Below, one piece after another: positions 8,928-18,899 of a stretch of DNA of 64,000 bases (position 1 is the first letter of the stretch; each line of letters opens with the position of its first letter). This stretch comes from a virus. The notes under the pieces are model-generated. The model was not told the origin of the DNA. It worked only from the letters and a program-made list of their open reading frames with translations, and made no database searches. Location: IMG/VR virus record IMGVR_UViG_3300042553_000685; one strand, written 5' to 3'. The position numbers were made by a program, and so were the translations under genes.

Positions 8928-11252
8928 TTACTCGCCTAAGGGACTGGTTTCTGTGTCGCGGCTAATCGTCACATAGATATAATCCGCGCTATAAAGGGGC
9001 TGGAATTGTAAACTAACGTATAGTTCGCGGCTAAAGTAAGACGCTGTGCTATTATTGCTGCCATCGATGATGGCAGGCCGGAAGCTAACAATGTTGCCAT
9101 TCCGCTTGAGCTCGCCCATAAAGGCATTAAGAGCAGCGGCTATCTGATTACGGACTAAACGACTATTAGGCATAGCCACATAATTCCGTAGGATAGCGTG
9201 CGCCCCCTGCCTAACAACGTCGTGAACCCGGCGTAGATATATACGCTCCCACGCAGGATCAGTAGATAGTGTAACACCACTAGCAAAGCGGTATGTACGG
9301 TCAACTGTATCCAGACTCAGTACCTCTAACCGCGCAGCTGAATAGATGTCCTGATTGCTGCGGCTAGTATAGTTATCCGTATCAGACTCTATGATGTTAA
9401 AGAGGGGCCCGACAAGAGACCGCGCTGCAGGACTGACAAAGAAGTCAATAGCAGCTAATTTACCTGCGTAAACAGCAGCACCAGGCACGCCATAGCGACT
9501 ACTATTAGGTTGGCCGGCGTACGTAAACCAGCCTGCTACCATAACCGCACGGGTGGAGTTGAATCCACGCGTAACACTGGCAGCCAGAGTAGGGGTAGTG
9601 CGCGGAGGAGCGGCTAATACTGCAATACGAAGGCCATCACTATCACTAGCACGTTCGGCTTCAGTAATAAGAGCCTGCTGAACACCTACGTTGGTAGTGC
9701 CCACTAGGAGAATATGCACAGGTTGGTTCTCTAGAGTACGGATGATGCTAACATAGTCATCATTAGTTACAGGAGGCCCGTCGTATCCATTCTCTAGTGT
9801 TACATCCACTAACACATTAGGACCATAAAAGTCCACGTGGGCAGGGTTCTCAACATCAGTCTCACTCTCGTCAGGCGGGGCTAGTCTCAGCGGTGACTGA
9901 CGTACTAGAGCGGCGTCGTAATTAATCGAGTCGATGGACTTAGGTAAGAAGAAGCCTCGGATAAACTTCGAATCGAGGAGTGCATTTAATTCACCTGATT
10001 CGTTTGTATCCCCCAGTTTAACAGTGTAAACTTCATCGGCGAGAGGTGGGTTGAAGGCACTACCATTTAGATCTTGTACAGTAAGGCGAAACTCGCTATT
10101 ATTCACAGGATAGATACTAACCGTAACTTGATTACCCCAGTTACCCTCACTGACTGCCTGGAGGCGCAGGAGGGGGGTACCATTGAAGGTATAGAAATCA
10201 CGGAATGCACTACGAGGACCATCCAATCCGCCCTGGAATGAGGTGAAATGAATAGCGGGATCCGGAATAGTAGTGACTAATGCAGGACTAGTGGTAAAGC
10301 CTCTATTAGCAGTGTTGTCGTTTGCCGTTACGTAGAACGAGAAGCGATTGCTGATAGAACCAGTGAGAGCAGGCTCTAATTGAATGACTACTCCGTTGTC
10401 CTCAACATTACGAGTAATCTCACCAAAGGGCTCCACACCTGCACAGGCACTGATCAGGCTAGTGACAATCTGGTTAGGTAGGTCGCCGCTAAAGATGGGC
10501 ACAGAGACTACATACTTGTTAACTCTAATACTCCAGCTATTACCCTCTACTAGATTGAGGGCCGCACCGACTACAGTACCGAAACGAACGCTGATGTTAT
10601 TACTAGTTAGTGGGATGAGAACGTTACTAGAACTACCTGCACCAGCAGCAATATTAACATCAATATCCGTAGTGACAGCCGCCCAGTTAAGTGGATTCTG
10701 ACCCAGTGGTACAAATTGCCATTTAATAGTAGCTACACCAGCAGCGACATCATCAACGCGAAGGAAATATCGGCCACTGGTAGAACCAGTATACGGGCCC
10801 GTCGCGGCTACTGTCTCTTTACTATTGACTACAGGCGCTACGGCAGTATTAGTGAGCATAGGCCATACTATATCAGCAGGTGCATCCTCGCGAGCAATAA
10901 CCTCTCCCACGAAATTGGTGTGGATATTGAGAGTGTTATTAACTCCCGCTACACCAGAGAATGTGAGGGATGCAGAAGCAGGGCGGCCCCGGCCAGTAAC
11001 TCGTACTAAGGCAATGTTAGCATCATCTTGATTAGCGAATTGATCATATACAGCCTGGTACTGTAATGAACCTGGACTAGTGTCGGAGCCATAGCGATAC
11101 GCAAAGTCCGAGAAGTTACCAATGTAGGTCAGGATGTTAGCCGGCCCTCGATTAAATCGGTCTATGATGGCGATCCGATTCAATACGTTCGGCCGCGGCA
11201 AGGCAAAACCTACATTAGTATCTTGAAATTCTATAAAGGGGGCGCGAGCCAT
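8928..11252 (-). CDS. Putative contractile tail sheath protein
   Basis: 774 codons. The C-terminal part (...AVMVAGWFTYAGQPNSSRYGVPGAAVYAGKLAAIDFFVSPAARSLVGP...) resembles the conserved sheath C-domain pattern (P.GA.AG..A......W.APAG). A tube-sized gene follows. Confidence 0.6.
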   Translation of the reverse strand: MARAPFIEFQDTNVGFALPRPNVLNRIAIIDRFNRGPANILTYIGNFSDFAYRYGSDTSPGSLQYQAVYDQFANQDDANIALVRVTGRGRPASASLTFSGVAGVNNTLNIHTNFVGEVIAREDAPADIVWPMLTNTAVAPVVNSKETVAATGPYTGSTSGRYFLRVDDVAAGVATIKWQFVPLGQNPLNWAAVTTDIDVNIAAGAGSSSNVLIPLTSNNISVRFGTVVGAALNLVEGNSWSIRVNKYVVSVPIFSGDLPNQIVTSLISACAGVEPFGEITRNVEDNGVVIQLEPALTGSISNRFSFYVTANDNTANRGFTTSPALVTTIPDPAIHFTSFQGGLDGPRSAFRDFYTFNGTPLLRLQAVSEGNWGNQVTVSIYPVNNSEFRLTVQDLNGSAFNPPLADEVYTVKLGDTNESGELNALLDSKFIRGFFLPKSIDSINYDAALVRQSPLRLAPPDESETDVENPAHVDFYGPNVLVDVTLENGYDGPPVTNDDYVSIIRTLENQPVHILLVGTTNVGVQQALITEAERASDSDGLRIAVLAAPPRTTPTLAASVTRGFNSTRAVMVAGWFTYAGQPNSSRYGVPGAAVYAGKLAAIDFFVSPAARSLVGPLFNIIESDTDNYTSRSNQDIYSAARLEVLSLDTVDRTYRFASGVTLSTDPAWERIYLRRVHDVVRQGAHAILRNYVAMPNSRLVRNQIAAALNAFMGELKRNGNIVSFRPAIIDGSNNSTASYFSRELYVSLQFQPLYSADYIYVTISRDTETSPLGE

Positions 11253-11303
11253 TTATCTATATATCCGTAGGGACTTAGTAGTCTTATCAGTTATTAGATA
11301 GAC

Positions 11304-12002
11304 TCAAGTAGGATCTAGTATAGTAAATCTCTCTAGGGGTTGTCTTAATCTATCCCGCCAGCCCTTGCTGACGTAACTATCTAGAGCTATTAATAGACTA
11401 CCCTGATGAAAGTAAACGTTACCACTGTCCTCCCATTTACTAGTTGAGTAATTACTACTCAATACCTGTATATTATCACCTGGTAGCGCTATGCTGTGTT
11501 CATTATCGTATAATGCAAGGCGCGTTAACTCCATGTAGTTACTGATAATAGCTAGTGGAGGACTAATAGCCAGTCTAGCAGTAGATACTATGGGTTCTTG
11601 TAGGCGTGGCTCTAAATTATCAGTTATAAGTACAGGACACTCCTCTATATCGAGATCATCGAAGCTAACCTCTTGCATAGAGAATCGTATTATGAAGTTA
11701 AAGCAGGCCTGTTCATAGCCCCCCATTCCTCCCATAGTATGGGGTTTATATACACTACTAACCTCATAACCTATAGAGCTATGAGGTGTGCTAGTCTCCG
11801 CTTCATTATTAGGGAATATAGAACAAACGAGGCCCGGCTGTGTAGCTAGTCCCGCTGCCTGTCTCCAGTACTCTATATTCACTACGGCTCCAGTGACAGG
11901 GTGCTTTACTAATGGGTAGTAGAGTAGAGGGTGATTAGATAAATATGTGAATAGACAGCGGCTGATGTCGTATAGTGAGTTCTCTATCCTGAGATCTGTC
12001 AT
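11304..12002 (-). CDS. Hypothetical virion-module protein
   Basis: 232-codon ORF with an ATGA overlap with the upstream ORF. Confidence 0.55.
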   Translation of the reverse strand: MTDLRIENSLYDISRCLFTYLSNHPLLYYPLVKHPVTGAVVNIEYWRQAAGLATQPGLVCSIFPNNEAETSTPHSSIGYEVSSVYKPHTMGGMGGYEQACFNFIIRFSMQEVSFDDLDIEECPVLITDNLEPRLQEPIVSTARLAISPPLAIISNYMELTRLALYDNEHSIALPGDNIQVLSSNYSTSKWEDSGNVYFHQGSLLIALDSYVSKGWRDRLRQPLERFTILDPT

Positions 12003-13876
12003 TTTAATCTCCTGAGACGGTCAAATACATCCTGGAGGCGTGGGCTCATATCTCCTGTAGTTACTCTAACTACCTTACCGCCCTTCTTATTAGAGTCTAG
12101 TATGGCGGCCCTATTCTCATTTAAGTTATCTTGCTTCTTAGCCATTATAATTAGAGAGCGGGGGTTCGTTGTATAGGCTGATCTATTGGCTACCTCATCC
12201 CCTACTCCTACCTCGAGTTTGCTAGGGAAGCCACCATCTCCTGCTAGTAGATCGATTATCTCTCTTATCTCAAGAGCTGATTCTCTAAAGGACGTGAAGG
12301 TTATGCCCGGCACGCCATCTCTATCAATATGTATAGCGCCTAGTACCCCAGTGTAAGGGCTTATAGAGTATGTAGCCTGTAGTAGAGTCTCTACTAGTGC
12401 CATAGGTGTTAAACCATTTACCTCTATGAGTAATGTATCGTCCGTATCTAAGAATGTATAACTCTCTTCTGTAGGTTGACTACTACTAATACGAAGTCGT
12501 ACGGTTCCTTCTAAGGGGCCCGTAGTTCTGAAGTAAAACGTATTGAGCTCATAATCGGTAGTCGGTGTGGGCTCCATAGCCTTATAATTACCCTCCTTGA
12601 CCTCGAGTATAAGAGAACGACTCCCCCATTCCCCCATAGAACTAAAGTCGGGTTCCGTACTATGGAGTAGCCCTGGGATGTGATACTCACTAGAGGCACG
12701 GGCTGCTATAGCCATGGCAGGTGTTATAGTAACAACTTCCCACCGTGCGTTGGGAGGGGCTGGATTTAGACCTGCTACTAGCGCTCGGTAGAATAGGCCA
12801 TTATATCTGACTACATTACCAATAGCGTATGTAGTGCCTGCGGTCCACTCGCCTAGATAGCCTGGTAATATAGCGCTTAGTGCTATAGTATGGGCCGACA
12901 TTATCACCAGCTCTTTACCAATAGTGGCATCGTGGCGCCGTACTCCCAGGCTCATACCTACCGTCTCGAACCATACAGAGGCCCTCGTGCGCTTAGGTAA
13001 TTCATTCGGGAAATAACTCTTACTATCTATGTCTAGTTGCACAGAGCGGGGCCTCTTACTATTAGGGCCCACCAATAGGTTGGTGCAGTCTAGTGCGCCT
13101 AGCGTAGCATTATTAATAGCCATAGTAACACTAGATATGACGTCGTGAATAGTATAGCCATCTACCATAGGCACTATGACTTCTACTGCACTAGAGTTAC
13201 TTACTACGTATCCGTCGGTGGGGCCCGTTTTATTAGATAAGTAGAGATATACATAGCTATAGTTATCGCTATCTATATGTAGTGTCTCTAACTGTCGTAT
13301 TGGTGAGTTGGGCCGGCTCGTATCTAGATTGATAGATGTGAAATCAGTATAGGACAGTGAGTCTAGGTTGAGGTTAAGTGCAAAGTAGAAAGTACGTTCC
13401 TTATCAGTATCTAGCTCTCGTGTCCCGTCTCCTGATACTAAACCATCCTTATAGAGAGTTATGATACGCTCTAGATCGGTTATAGCCGCCTTCTCTAGAT
13501 TTTCCGCTAGCGTTATATTCTTAACATTAGCATCAATAGGAATGGAGGCTATTAGACGACTAGCAGTGAGAGTAGCTGCTATGGCCAGTAGACCCTCTTG
13601 GAATGGTCCGCTAGAATCACTGAGTATCTCGACTACTCGCTGGAATACTATGGGATACGTATCGCCGAATAGATATGTGTTATCCAGGGCGCGGGCTGCG
13701 CTCAGTATCAAGCCCATGCGCGGATAGGCCTGTTGCAGCGCTACAGCCACTACCTCATCCTGCCGTCGTCTATAGGCTGATAATAGAACACTGTGAGAGA
13801 CTACCATATCGAGGAATGCCTCGCGGTTAGTCTCTATATAGGTGCGGATGGGACCACTCTGGCCAAAACTGTTCAA
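11999..13876 (-). CDS. Hypothetical virion-module protein
   Basis: 625-codon ORF. TTG start with GGAGG 6 nt upstream. Confidence 0.55.
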   Translation of the reverse strand: MNSFGQSGPIRTYIETNREAFLDMVVSHSVLLSAYRRRQDEVVAVALQQAYPRMGLILSAARALDNTYLFGDTYPIVFQRVVEILSDSSGPFQEGLLAIAATLTASRLIASIPIDANVKNITLAENLEKAAITDLERIITLYKDGLVSGDGTRELDTDKERTFYFALNLNLDSLSYTDFTSINLDTSRPNSPIRQLETLHIDSDNYSYVYLYLSNKTGPTDGYVVSNSSAVEVIVPMVDGYTIHDVISSVTMAINNATLGALDCTNLLVGPNSKRPRSVQLDIDSKSYFPNELPKRTRASVWFETVGMSLGVRRHDATIGKELVIMSAHTIALSAILPGYLGEWTAGTTYAIGNVVRYNGLFYRALVAGLNPAPPNARWEVVTITPAMAIAARASSEYHIPGLLHSTEPDFSSMGEWGSRSLILEVKEGNYKAMEPTPTTDYELNTFYFRTTGPLEGTVRLRISSSQPTEESYTFLDTDDTLLIEVNGLTPMALVETLLQATYSISPYTGVLGAIHIDRDGVPGITFTSFRESALEIREIIDLLAGDGGFPSKLEVGVGDEVANRSAYTTNPRSLIIMAKKQDNLNENRAAILDSNKKGGKVVRVTTGDMSPRLQDVFDRLRRLK

Positions 13877-13888
13877 TGTAACCTCCGG

Positions 13889-14521
13889 TTACTCAAGGTT
13901 CATTAGGGCATCAATAGTACGCGCCTTACCGATGAAACGAATACCTTTTTCTACAGCTATATCCTTGATTTCGTTAGATGTCAGTTTTTCTAACTGGGCT
14001 CGTCTATCTAAATTAGCAGCATTAATGAGGGTAGGGCTGTTAACGGTGCTAACCTCAATCTCCTTTCCATCTGCTGTCAGGAAGACCGTAGTCTCGTCAT
14101 CATCCTCATCGTAGATCTCAGGCTCTACGGGAGGCATACCGGACTCTCCTAACTCAGGAGCCTTTTCTTCAATAGGTACTAGAGGCTCTCCTGGTAAACC
14201 CACTGGGATATCATATACTTCGTAACTGATGAGACTCTCTTCTTGAGTAGAGACGCCGTGGGTAACCTCGCCTTCAATGTAATCGTAGTTAGCGCCCTCG
14301 CGGTTTACTTCATCCATCAATTCCTTATAGCCCTGTTGATACTCATCGAGATAGAAGTAATCTAGATGAATAGACTGCGGGCTAACTAGAAACTTGAGCT
14401 CCTCTTTCGCCTGTACATCATTAAGGTCGAAGTGAGGTCTATCTCCTGTGAAGTAAGCGCGACTTTTGCCCCCGAACTCATAGTCAAAGGGACTTAGGAT
14501 GGTCAGTACTAATGTAGTCAT
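13889..14521 (-). CDS. Hypothetical acidic protein
   Basis: 210-codon ORF with an ATG start and an acidic central region (IYDEDDDETT). Confidence 0.55.
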   Translation of the reverse strand: MTTLVLTILSPFDYEFGGKSRAYFTGDRPHFDLNDVQAKEELKFLVSPQSIHLDYFYLDEYQQGYKELMDEVNREGANYDYIEGEVTHGVSTQEESLISYEVYDIPVGLPGEPLVPIEEKAPELGESGMPPVEPEIYDEDDDETTVFLTADGKEIEVSTVNSPTLINAANLDRRAQLEKLTSNEIKDIAVEKGIRFIGKARTIDALMNLE

Positions 14522-14567
14522 ATATTTGGAAAATAGATATCATATACAATTTAACACATTCCATAAT

Positions 14568-14600
14568 ATAAAACGCTAGGAGAAATCCTAGCGTTTTATA
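14568..14600 (-). terminator. Hairpin terminator after ORF 14615..15721
   Basis: aaaacgctagga (14570-14581) pairs with tcctagcgtttt (14586-14597). A/T runs on both sides make it potentially bidirectional. Confidence 0.55.
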
Positions 14601-14614
14601 TAAGCATCGCACTA

Positions 14615-15721
14615 CTAGATTAAGCTTCTGTAGATAGTGCGGGAGATAGTGAGAGCATCAGATGGGCCTACAGTCACTTCAACTAGGTCAGTGGGATCAG
14701 CCCATTTAGTCAGGCGAGAGTCACCTGGTTTTCCGACCTTACGCATAGGAGCCTCATTCGCTAAGTAGATAGGATTGATGCGACCTAGTAATGCAGAGTC
14801 AGAACGAGTTAATACGCGCTGGATAGCTGGTTCGTTACCAGTCTGAGCAGACGCAGTAGTGCTGGGCATGTAATACTCAAACACAGAGACATGAGTACCA
14901 GACACAGCGTTGATGTTATTGATGTCAGCAACAACAGTACCCGCAGTGCCAGAGTTAGCGTTGCCAATGTTGGCGTAATGGAACGCAGTGCCGGGCTTAA
15001 TTAAGAAGGATTTACCAGCAGTGTTATAGCGGGCTACAGCCTCAGCCTTAGTAAATACCTTACGGACTGCAGGGAACTCAGGTACCTGAGCGCTCAACTC
15101 GAGAAATGCAGTAGAGGTGATGTTCTCTAAGAGATTCTGGGATGCTGCATTGGTCTGGGGAATTACTTCCTTGAGAACTAGGCGCACGCCAGAAGGAACG
15201 AGAGGATAAGGAGCATAAGGACGGCTGGTACTCTTAGCTCGCTCTTCTTCGTAATTGTTGAAGGCTACAATATCAGCTGCGCTAGCCGATCCCTTGAATA
15301 CGCGGTTACGCACATTATCGATACCACCAAGAGCAGCTACAGCAGCCTCGGCAGCGGGGCTGATGAATACCTCAGCGTAGGCCTCAAGATTAGCATCGTA
15401 GTTAACGAAGTAATTGACGCCAGCGGCGACAGCAGCAGTTTTATCAGTAGGTTCTAAGTAACTGGGTACTGCGCTAATGACGAAGCGCTGTCCTTGTGCT
15501 ACAAGAGAACCAAGAGCGCCAAAATCAAGAGATAAGCCATTAAGAGAAATAGGGATACCATCGAACTCGATGGTCCCACCAGTGAAGTTAATCGTGTCCT
15601 CGTTAGGAGAGGCCTGTACAGTTGCGGTGGGGGCGGTAGTTACCCCACCCAGCACATACAGCGTATCGTAGATCGGCTTACGCGCTCCAGGGAGAGCCTG
15701 CCAAACATTCTGGATAGACAT
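14615..15721 (-). CDS. Hypothetical, probably abundant head-associated protein
   Basis: 368-codon ORF directly after the capsid-like gene and followed by a strong hairpin terminator. No motif recognised. Confidence 0.45.
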   Translation of the reverse strand: MSIQNVWQALPGARKPIYDTLYVLGGVTTAPTATVQASPNEDTINFTGGTIEFDGIPISLNGLSLDFGALGSLVAQGQRFVISAVPSYLEPTDKTAAVAAGVNYFVNYDANLEAYAEVFISPAAEAAVAALGGIDNVRNRVFKGSASAADIVAFNNYEEERAKSTSRPYAPYPLVPSGVRLVLKEVIPQTNAASQNLLENITSTAFLELSAQVPEFPAVRKVFTKAEAVARYNTAGKSFLIKPGTAFHYANIGNANSGTAGTVVADINNINAVSGTHVSVFEYYMPSTTASAQTGNEPAIQRVLTRSDSALLGRINPIYLANEAPMRKVGKPGDSRLTKWADPTDLVEVTVGPSDALTISRTIYRSLI

Positions 15722-15749
15722 AGTTTAAAGATATGTGGGGGGTGAGGAA

Positions 15750-17063
15750 TTATAAACCAGGGAAGAATAGGTCTCCTTGGATACCTAGACGCTCATTGAT
15801 TTGCTGTACGGTACAGGGAGTTACATGGCAGACGCGATAGGGGAACTTGAAGTAGGGAAGACCCGCATTACCCATCTGAACCGCGATACCAGGTGCTGCC
15901 GGAGGAGGAACATCAGTAACAGTACGAGTCCATAAGCCGGGGCTATCAATGCTGTTTTCACTAGAGCAATACTGAGTTCTACCCGGTGCTTCTACGTTAC
16001 CATTGCTATCGCGGAAGCTGACAGCTACAATTTTGTTCTTAGGCCATACGCGCTTCTCAACACCATCAACTGGGTCCTTGTAGATAGTATCTACTACGTG
16101 AACGTTGATTCCCGCAATAGAGAGGATCTCGCCGCGGGTACCTAATACTAGGCCCATGCCAGTTCCTAATCCACCAGGAGGGAGGGGACCAAAGGACCCA
16201 CCACTGCCGCTGGAGTCAATTGTACTGTCTCCAAACACTGCGCCGAGCCTAGGGATAATACCGCCTTGTGCGAGACGAGCTTCTTCAGACATGAGAATAA
16301 CGTCACGCATCTCGGGACCCATATACATATCGGTGATATCCGATTTATTGGTATCCTTAAACCAACGGTTTAGTCGACGTGCAAAGTTGGAGAGAGCAAA
16401 CTGAGGATCAGTGATAGGAATACCTGAACTGGGAGTACCGCCTGCGTTTAAATCAACGAGGTTACGGAATAAACGGGCCTCATTACGGCCACGGTAACCT
16501 TGGGTAGTGTTGAAGTTAAAGAAGTTACGCGCGGGGATGTACGCAGGGGCCTTAACACGAACTCCAGAACGAGGATCAGTGTAATTGATGCCGCCGAGCA
16601 TCATAGCAGCCTGGAACACGTTCCAGGTTAATTGATGCTTCTGCATTTGACGGGTGAGTTTCTTCTCAATCTGTTCAGCAGCAGTAGCGCGTTCATTAGT
16701 AGTACCCTCTCTCACAGTGTTATTGAGTTGGGCATAACTCATGTACATCGATTGACGGATAGGAAGGGGTTGGTAGGATTGGCGATACACTGTATAGCCA
16801 TCGTCATCAACGAATAGGTCAGGTGCACCCCATTCAACCACAGGGAAAATAGTATCGACGCCTTCAATGACGTGTTCAGCAATGACAATACGCTCAGCAA
16901 TAGTCTCATCGGGGAATACAGTGCTGAGAGGGGTCGCAGGTAACTTAGCGAGAATAGAGCGGGCTAACTCAGTGTATACAGGCTCCCGAGGGAACGTAGT
17001 GTTGTCTACTAAGTAGGGGCTGCTGATAAGCGCTTGAAAGTTGGGGCTCGGAATATCTGCCAT
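15750..17063 (-). CDS. Putative major capsid protein (lambda gpE-like/HK97-fold class)
   Basis: 437 codons, located after the protease/scaffold-like gene. The overall pattern and C-terminus (..PGLWTRTVTDVPPPAAPGIAVQMGNAGLPYF..) resemble gpE-family capsid proteins. This is from memory, not a search. Confidence 0.5.
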   Translation of the reverse strand: MADIPSPNFQALISSPYLVDNTTFPREPVYTELARSILAKLPATPLSTVFPDETIAERIVIAEHVIEGVDTIFPVVEWGAPDLFVDDDGYTVYRQSYQPLPIRQSMYMSYAQLNNTVREGTTNERATAAEQIEKKLTRQMQKHQLTWNVFQAAMMLGGINYTDPRSGVRVKAPAYIPARNFFNFNTTQGYRGRNEARLFRNLVDLNAGGTPSSGIPITDPQFALSNFARRLNRWFKDTNKSDITDMYMGPEMRDVILMSEEARLAQGGIIPRLGAVFGDSTIDSSGSGGSFGPLPPGGLGTGMGLVLGTRGEILSIAGINVHVVDTIYKDPVDGVEKRVWPKNKIVAVSFRDSNGNVEAPGRTQYCSSENSIDSPGLWTRTVTDVPPPAAPGIAVQMGNAGLPYFKFPYRVCHVTPCTVQQINERLGIQGDLFFPGL

Positions 17064-17089
17064 ATTAGTGGGAAGTTAGTAAATTAGGA

Positions 17090-18463
17090 CTAGACCTTGG
17101 ATTTCTTAGCTGAATCCCAGTTCTTCTGGGCTAGCTCGCGGAGCTGGGCTTCTAGACCAGATGGGCGGGTGGCTGCGCTCTGGCCATACTGTTGTACTTC
17201 TACGGGCTTACTGTTAACAGCAGTATTTAATAGCTCTTCTAATTCATCGGTTACATCACGCTCGCCGCCAGCCTCTGTAGAAAGCTTAATAACACGAGAA
17301 CCACCGTGGAGTGCATCGGCTAATAAACTGAAACGCTCAATTAACGCAGGGGGTACACCTCTGCTTTGTAAGCGCTTAGTACGGTTGGCCTTCTCTCTAA
17401 CACTCACCTCAGTAGAATAGGCCTGAGCTACAGATTGGGTCATCGATAGCTTTTCCTCGATAGCCTCTAACTGTTTAGTGAGGGTAGCTATTACATCAGA
17501 CTGAGCCTTAGTCATAGCTGCTAGCTTCTCTTCGTATACCGCCTCTAAATTAAGGCGCATACTCTCAAGGGCATCTTTAGCCACTGCTAGTGAGGGCTCC
17601 GTTGCCGGGACAGTACCGATCTCGGTCTCGGGAGTTTCCATAATAATCTCATCCGACATAGTTGTTTGATTAGAAATTGTTTGTTCAGGTATAACTGCGC
17701 TTAATTTAAACACTGCTCCGGCTATTGTTTGTGGGCTCTGGCTAAGTGCCACTACCTTCTCTCTATGAGGAATGAATGGGGCATTAGTTAATGCAGTTCT
17801 AACTAATACAGTTCCTCGATTAACTCCTGTATTCTTATCAGTGAAATTAGTCAGGAATTCGCCTGAGCTGTATTCGTACTCTCCCCTGCTAACTGCATCA
17901 TAGGCTTCTGACTTAGGTGTGTAGTATCCCACCAGCATGTCGCCCTCAATGCGTAACTGCTCAAGGTCCCCACGCTTACGCTGGCCATCAAGTGCTTCTG
18001 CAGTCTCTATAAATTCATCGTAGCTATTAACGTCGGAGCTCTCAATAGGGTGGCCGAATGTAAGGTATGGCTCAAAGCCTAGTACATCATTCTCGAAGTT
18101 AGTGATGGCCTCTGTGAATTTCTCCATGGTGAAGGTTACTTCACCGTAGGTGTTGTGCTTCCAGGTGCCTATCTTGGCCTGCGGTACTCTTAGTTTACCC
18201 TTTAATAACTCTATACTGGCGTCTCCTACAGCAGCTGAGCTGAATAGTCTGGGGCCGTTATGCTCTATGTTGACTGGACAGAAGTCATCAGTGCACTCTC
18301 TAGCCGCTTCAACCTCGATAAGCGTAGTCTCAACCAATGGGGCTTCGGCTGCGCTAGGTGGGGTCTCTGATATCTCGAAGGTAGGGTTATCTATACTTAA
18401 ATTATCCTCTACAATAGAGGTATCAATAGTCTCGGGCATAAGCGTAATTGCTGGTGGCTTCAT
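17090..18463 (-). CDS. Putative prohead protease/scaffold (Mu gpI-like)
   Basis: The central segment GTWKHNTYGEVTFTMEKFTEAITNF...FGHP...GDMLVGYYTPKSEAYDAVSRGEYEYSSGEF resembles the Mu gpI family pattern. The C-terminus is coiled-coil-like. Located between the portal-like and capsid-like genes. Confidence 0.45.
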   Translation of the reverse strand: MKPPAITLMPETIDTSIVEDNLSIDNPTFEISETPPSAAEAPLVETTLIEVEAARECTDDFCPVNIEHNGPRLFSSAAVGDASIELLKGKLRVPQAKIGTWKHNTYGEVTFTMEKFTEAITNFENDVLGFEPYLTFGHPIESSDVNSYDEFIETAEALDGQRKRGDLEQLRIEGDMLVGYYTPKSEAYDAVSRGEYEYSSGEFLTNFTDKNTGVNRGTVLVRTALTNAPFIPHREKVVALSQSPQTIAGAVFKLSAVIPEQTISNQTTMSDEIIMETPETEIGTVPATEPSLAVAKDALESMRLNLEAVYEEKLAAMTKAQSDVIATLTKQLEAIEEKLSMTQSVAQAYSTEVSVREKANRTKRLQSRGVPPALIERFSLLADALHGGSRVIKLSTEAGGERDVTDELEELLNTAVNSKPVEVQQYGQSAATRPSGLEAQLRELAQKNWDSAKKSKV

Positions 18464-18500
18464 TAGTTTGTATTAATTGACATCACTAAAGGTAGGAAAT

Positions 18501-18899
18501 ATGCAATTAGAAAGATTATTGGCTTTAGAGGCTCTAGAGCGACTTCTTGTTCGCCGTATTCGTAATGCGACTATTGAAGATACCTCTCTGGTATTCAACC
18601 TCAATGAGGGGTTGAGTACCAAACCTTATAAAATAGATATAGCTTCCTTACTACAAGGTACGCTCGAGTCTACATATTATAATTACCTGGCCGGCCGCAT
18701 GCTAACTGAGGGCTACACTTATACTGCAGTTGAGGGAGGTGAGATAGTAGAGTCACCTCGTGGTGATATCTATCAAATACATGGCACAGACTGTAGTTGC
18801 CCTCAGCGAGGTTACTGTAAACATCTCATACTGCGAGACTGGCACCTAACATACCGAGCGCGGCAGAATGATCTACGTCATCGCGTAAAACCTAGGTAG
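18501..18899 (+). CDS. SWIM zinc-finger protein
   Basis: CSCPQRGYCKHLI fits the SWIM CxC...CxH signature. ATG 18501 is preceded by aggtagg; the ORF track starts at an upstream TTG at 18477. It is the only plus-strand gene inside the minus-strand head operon. Confidence 0.6.
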   Translation: MQLERLLALEALERLLVRRIRNATIEDTSLVFNLNEGLSTKPYKIDIASLLQGTLESTYYNYLAGRMLTEGYTYTAVEGGEIVESPRGDIYQIHGTDCSCPQRGYCKHLILRDWHLTYRARQNDLRHRVKPR

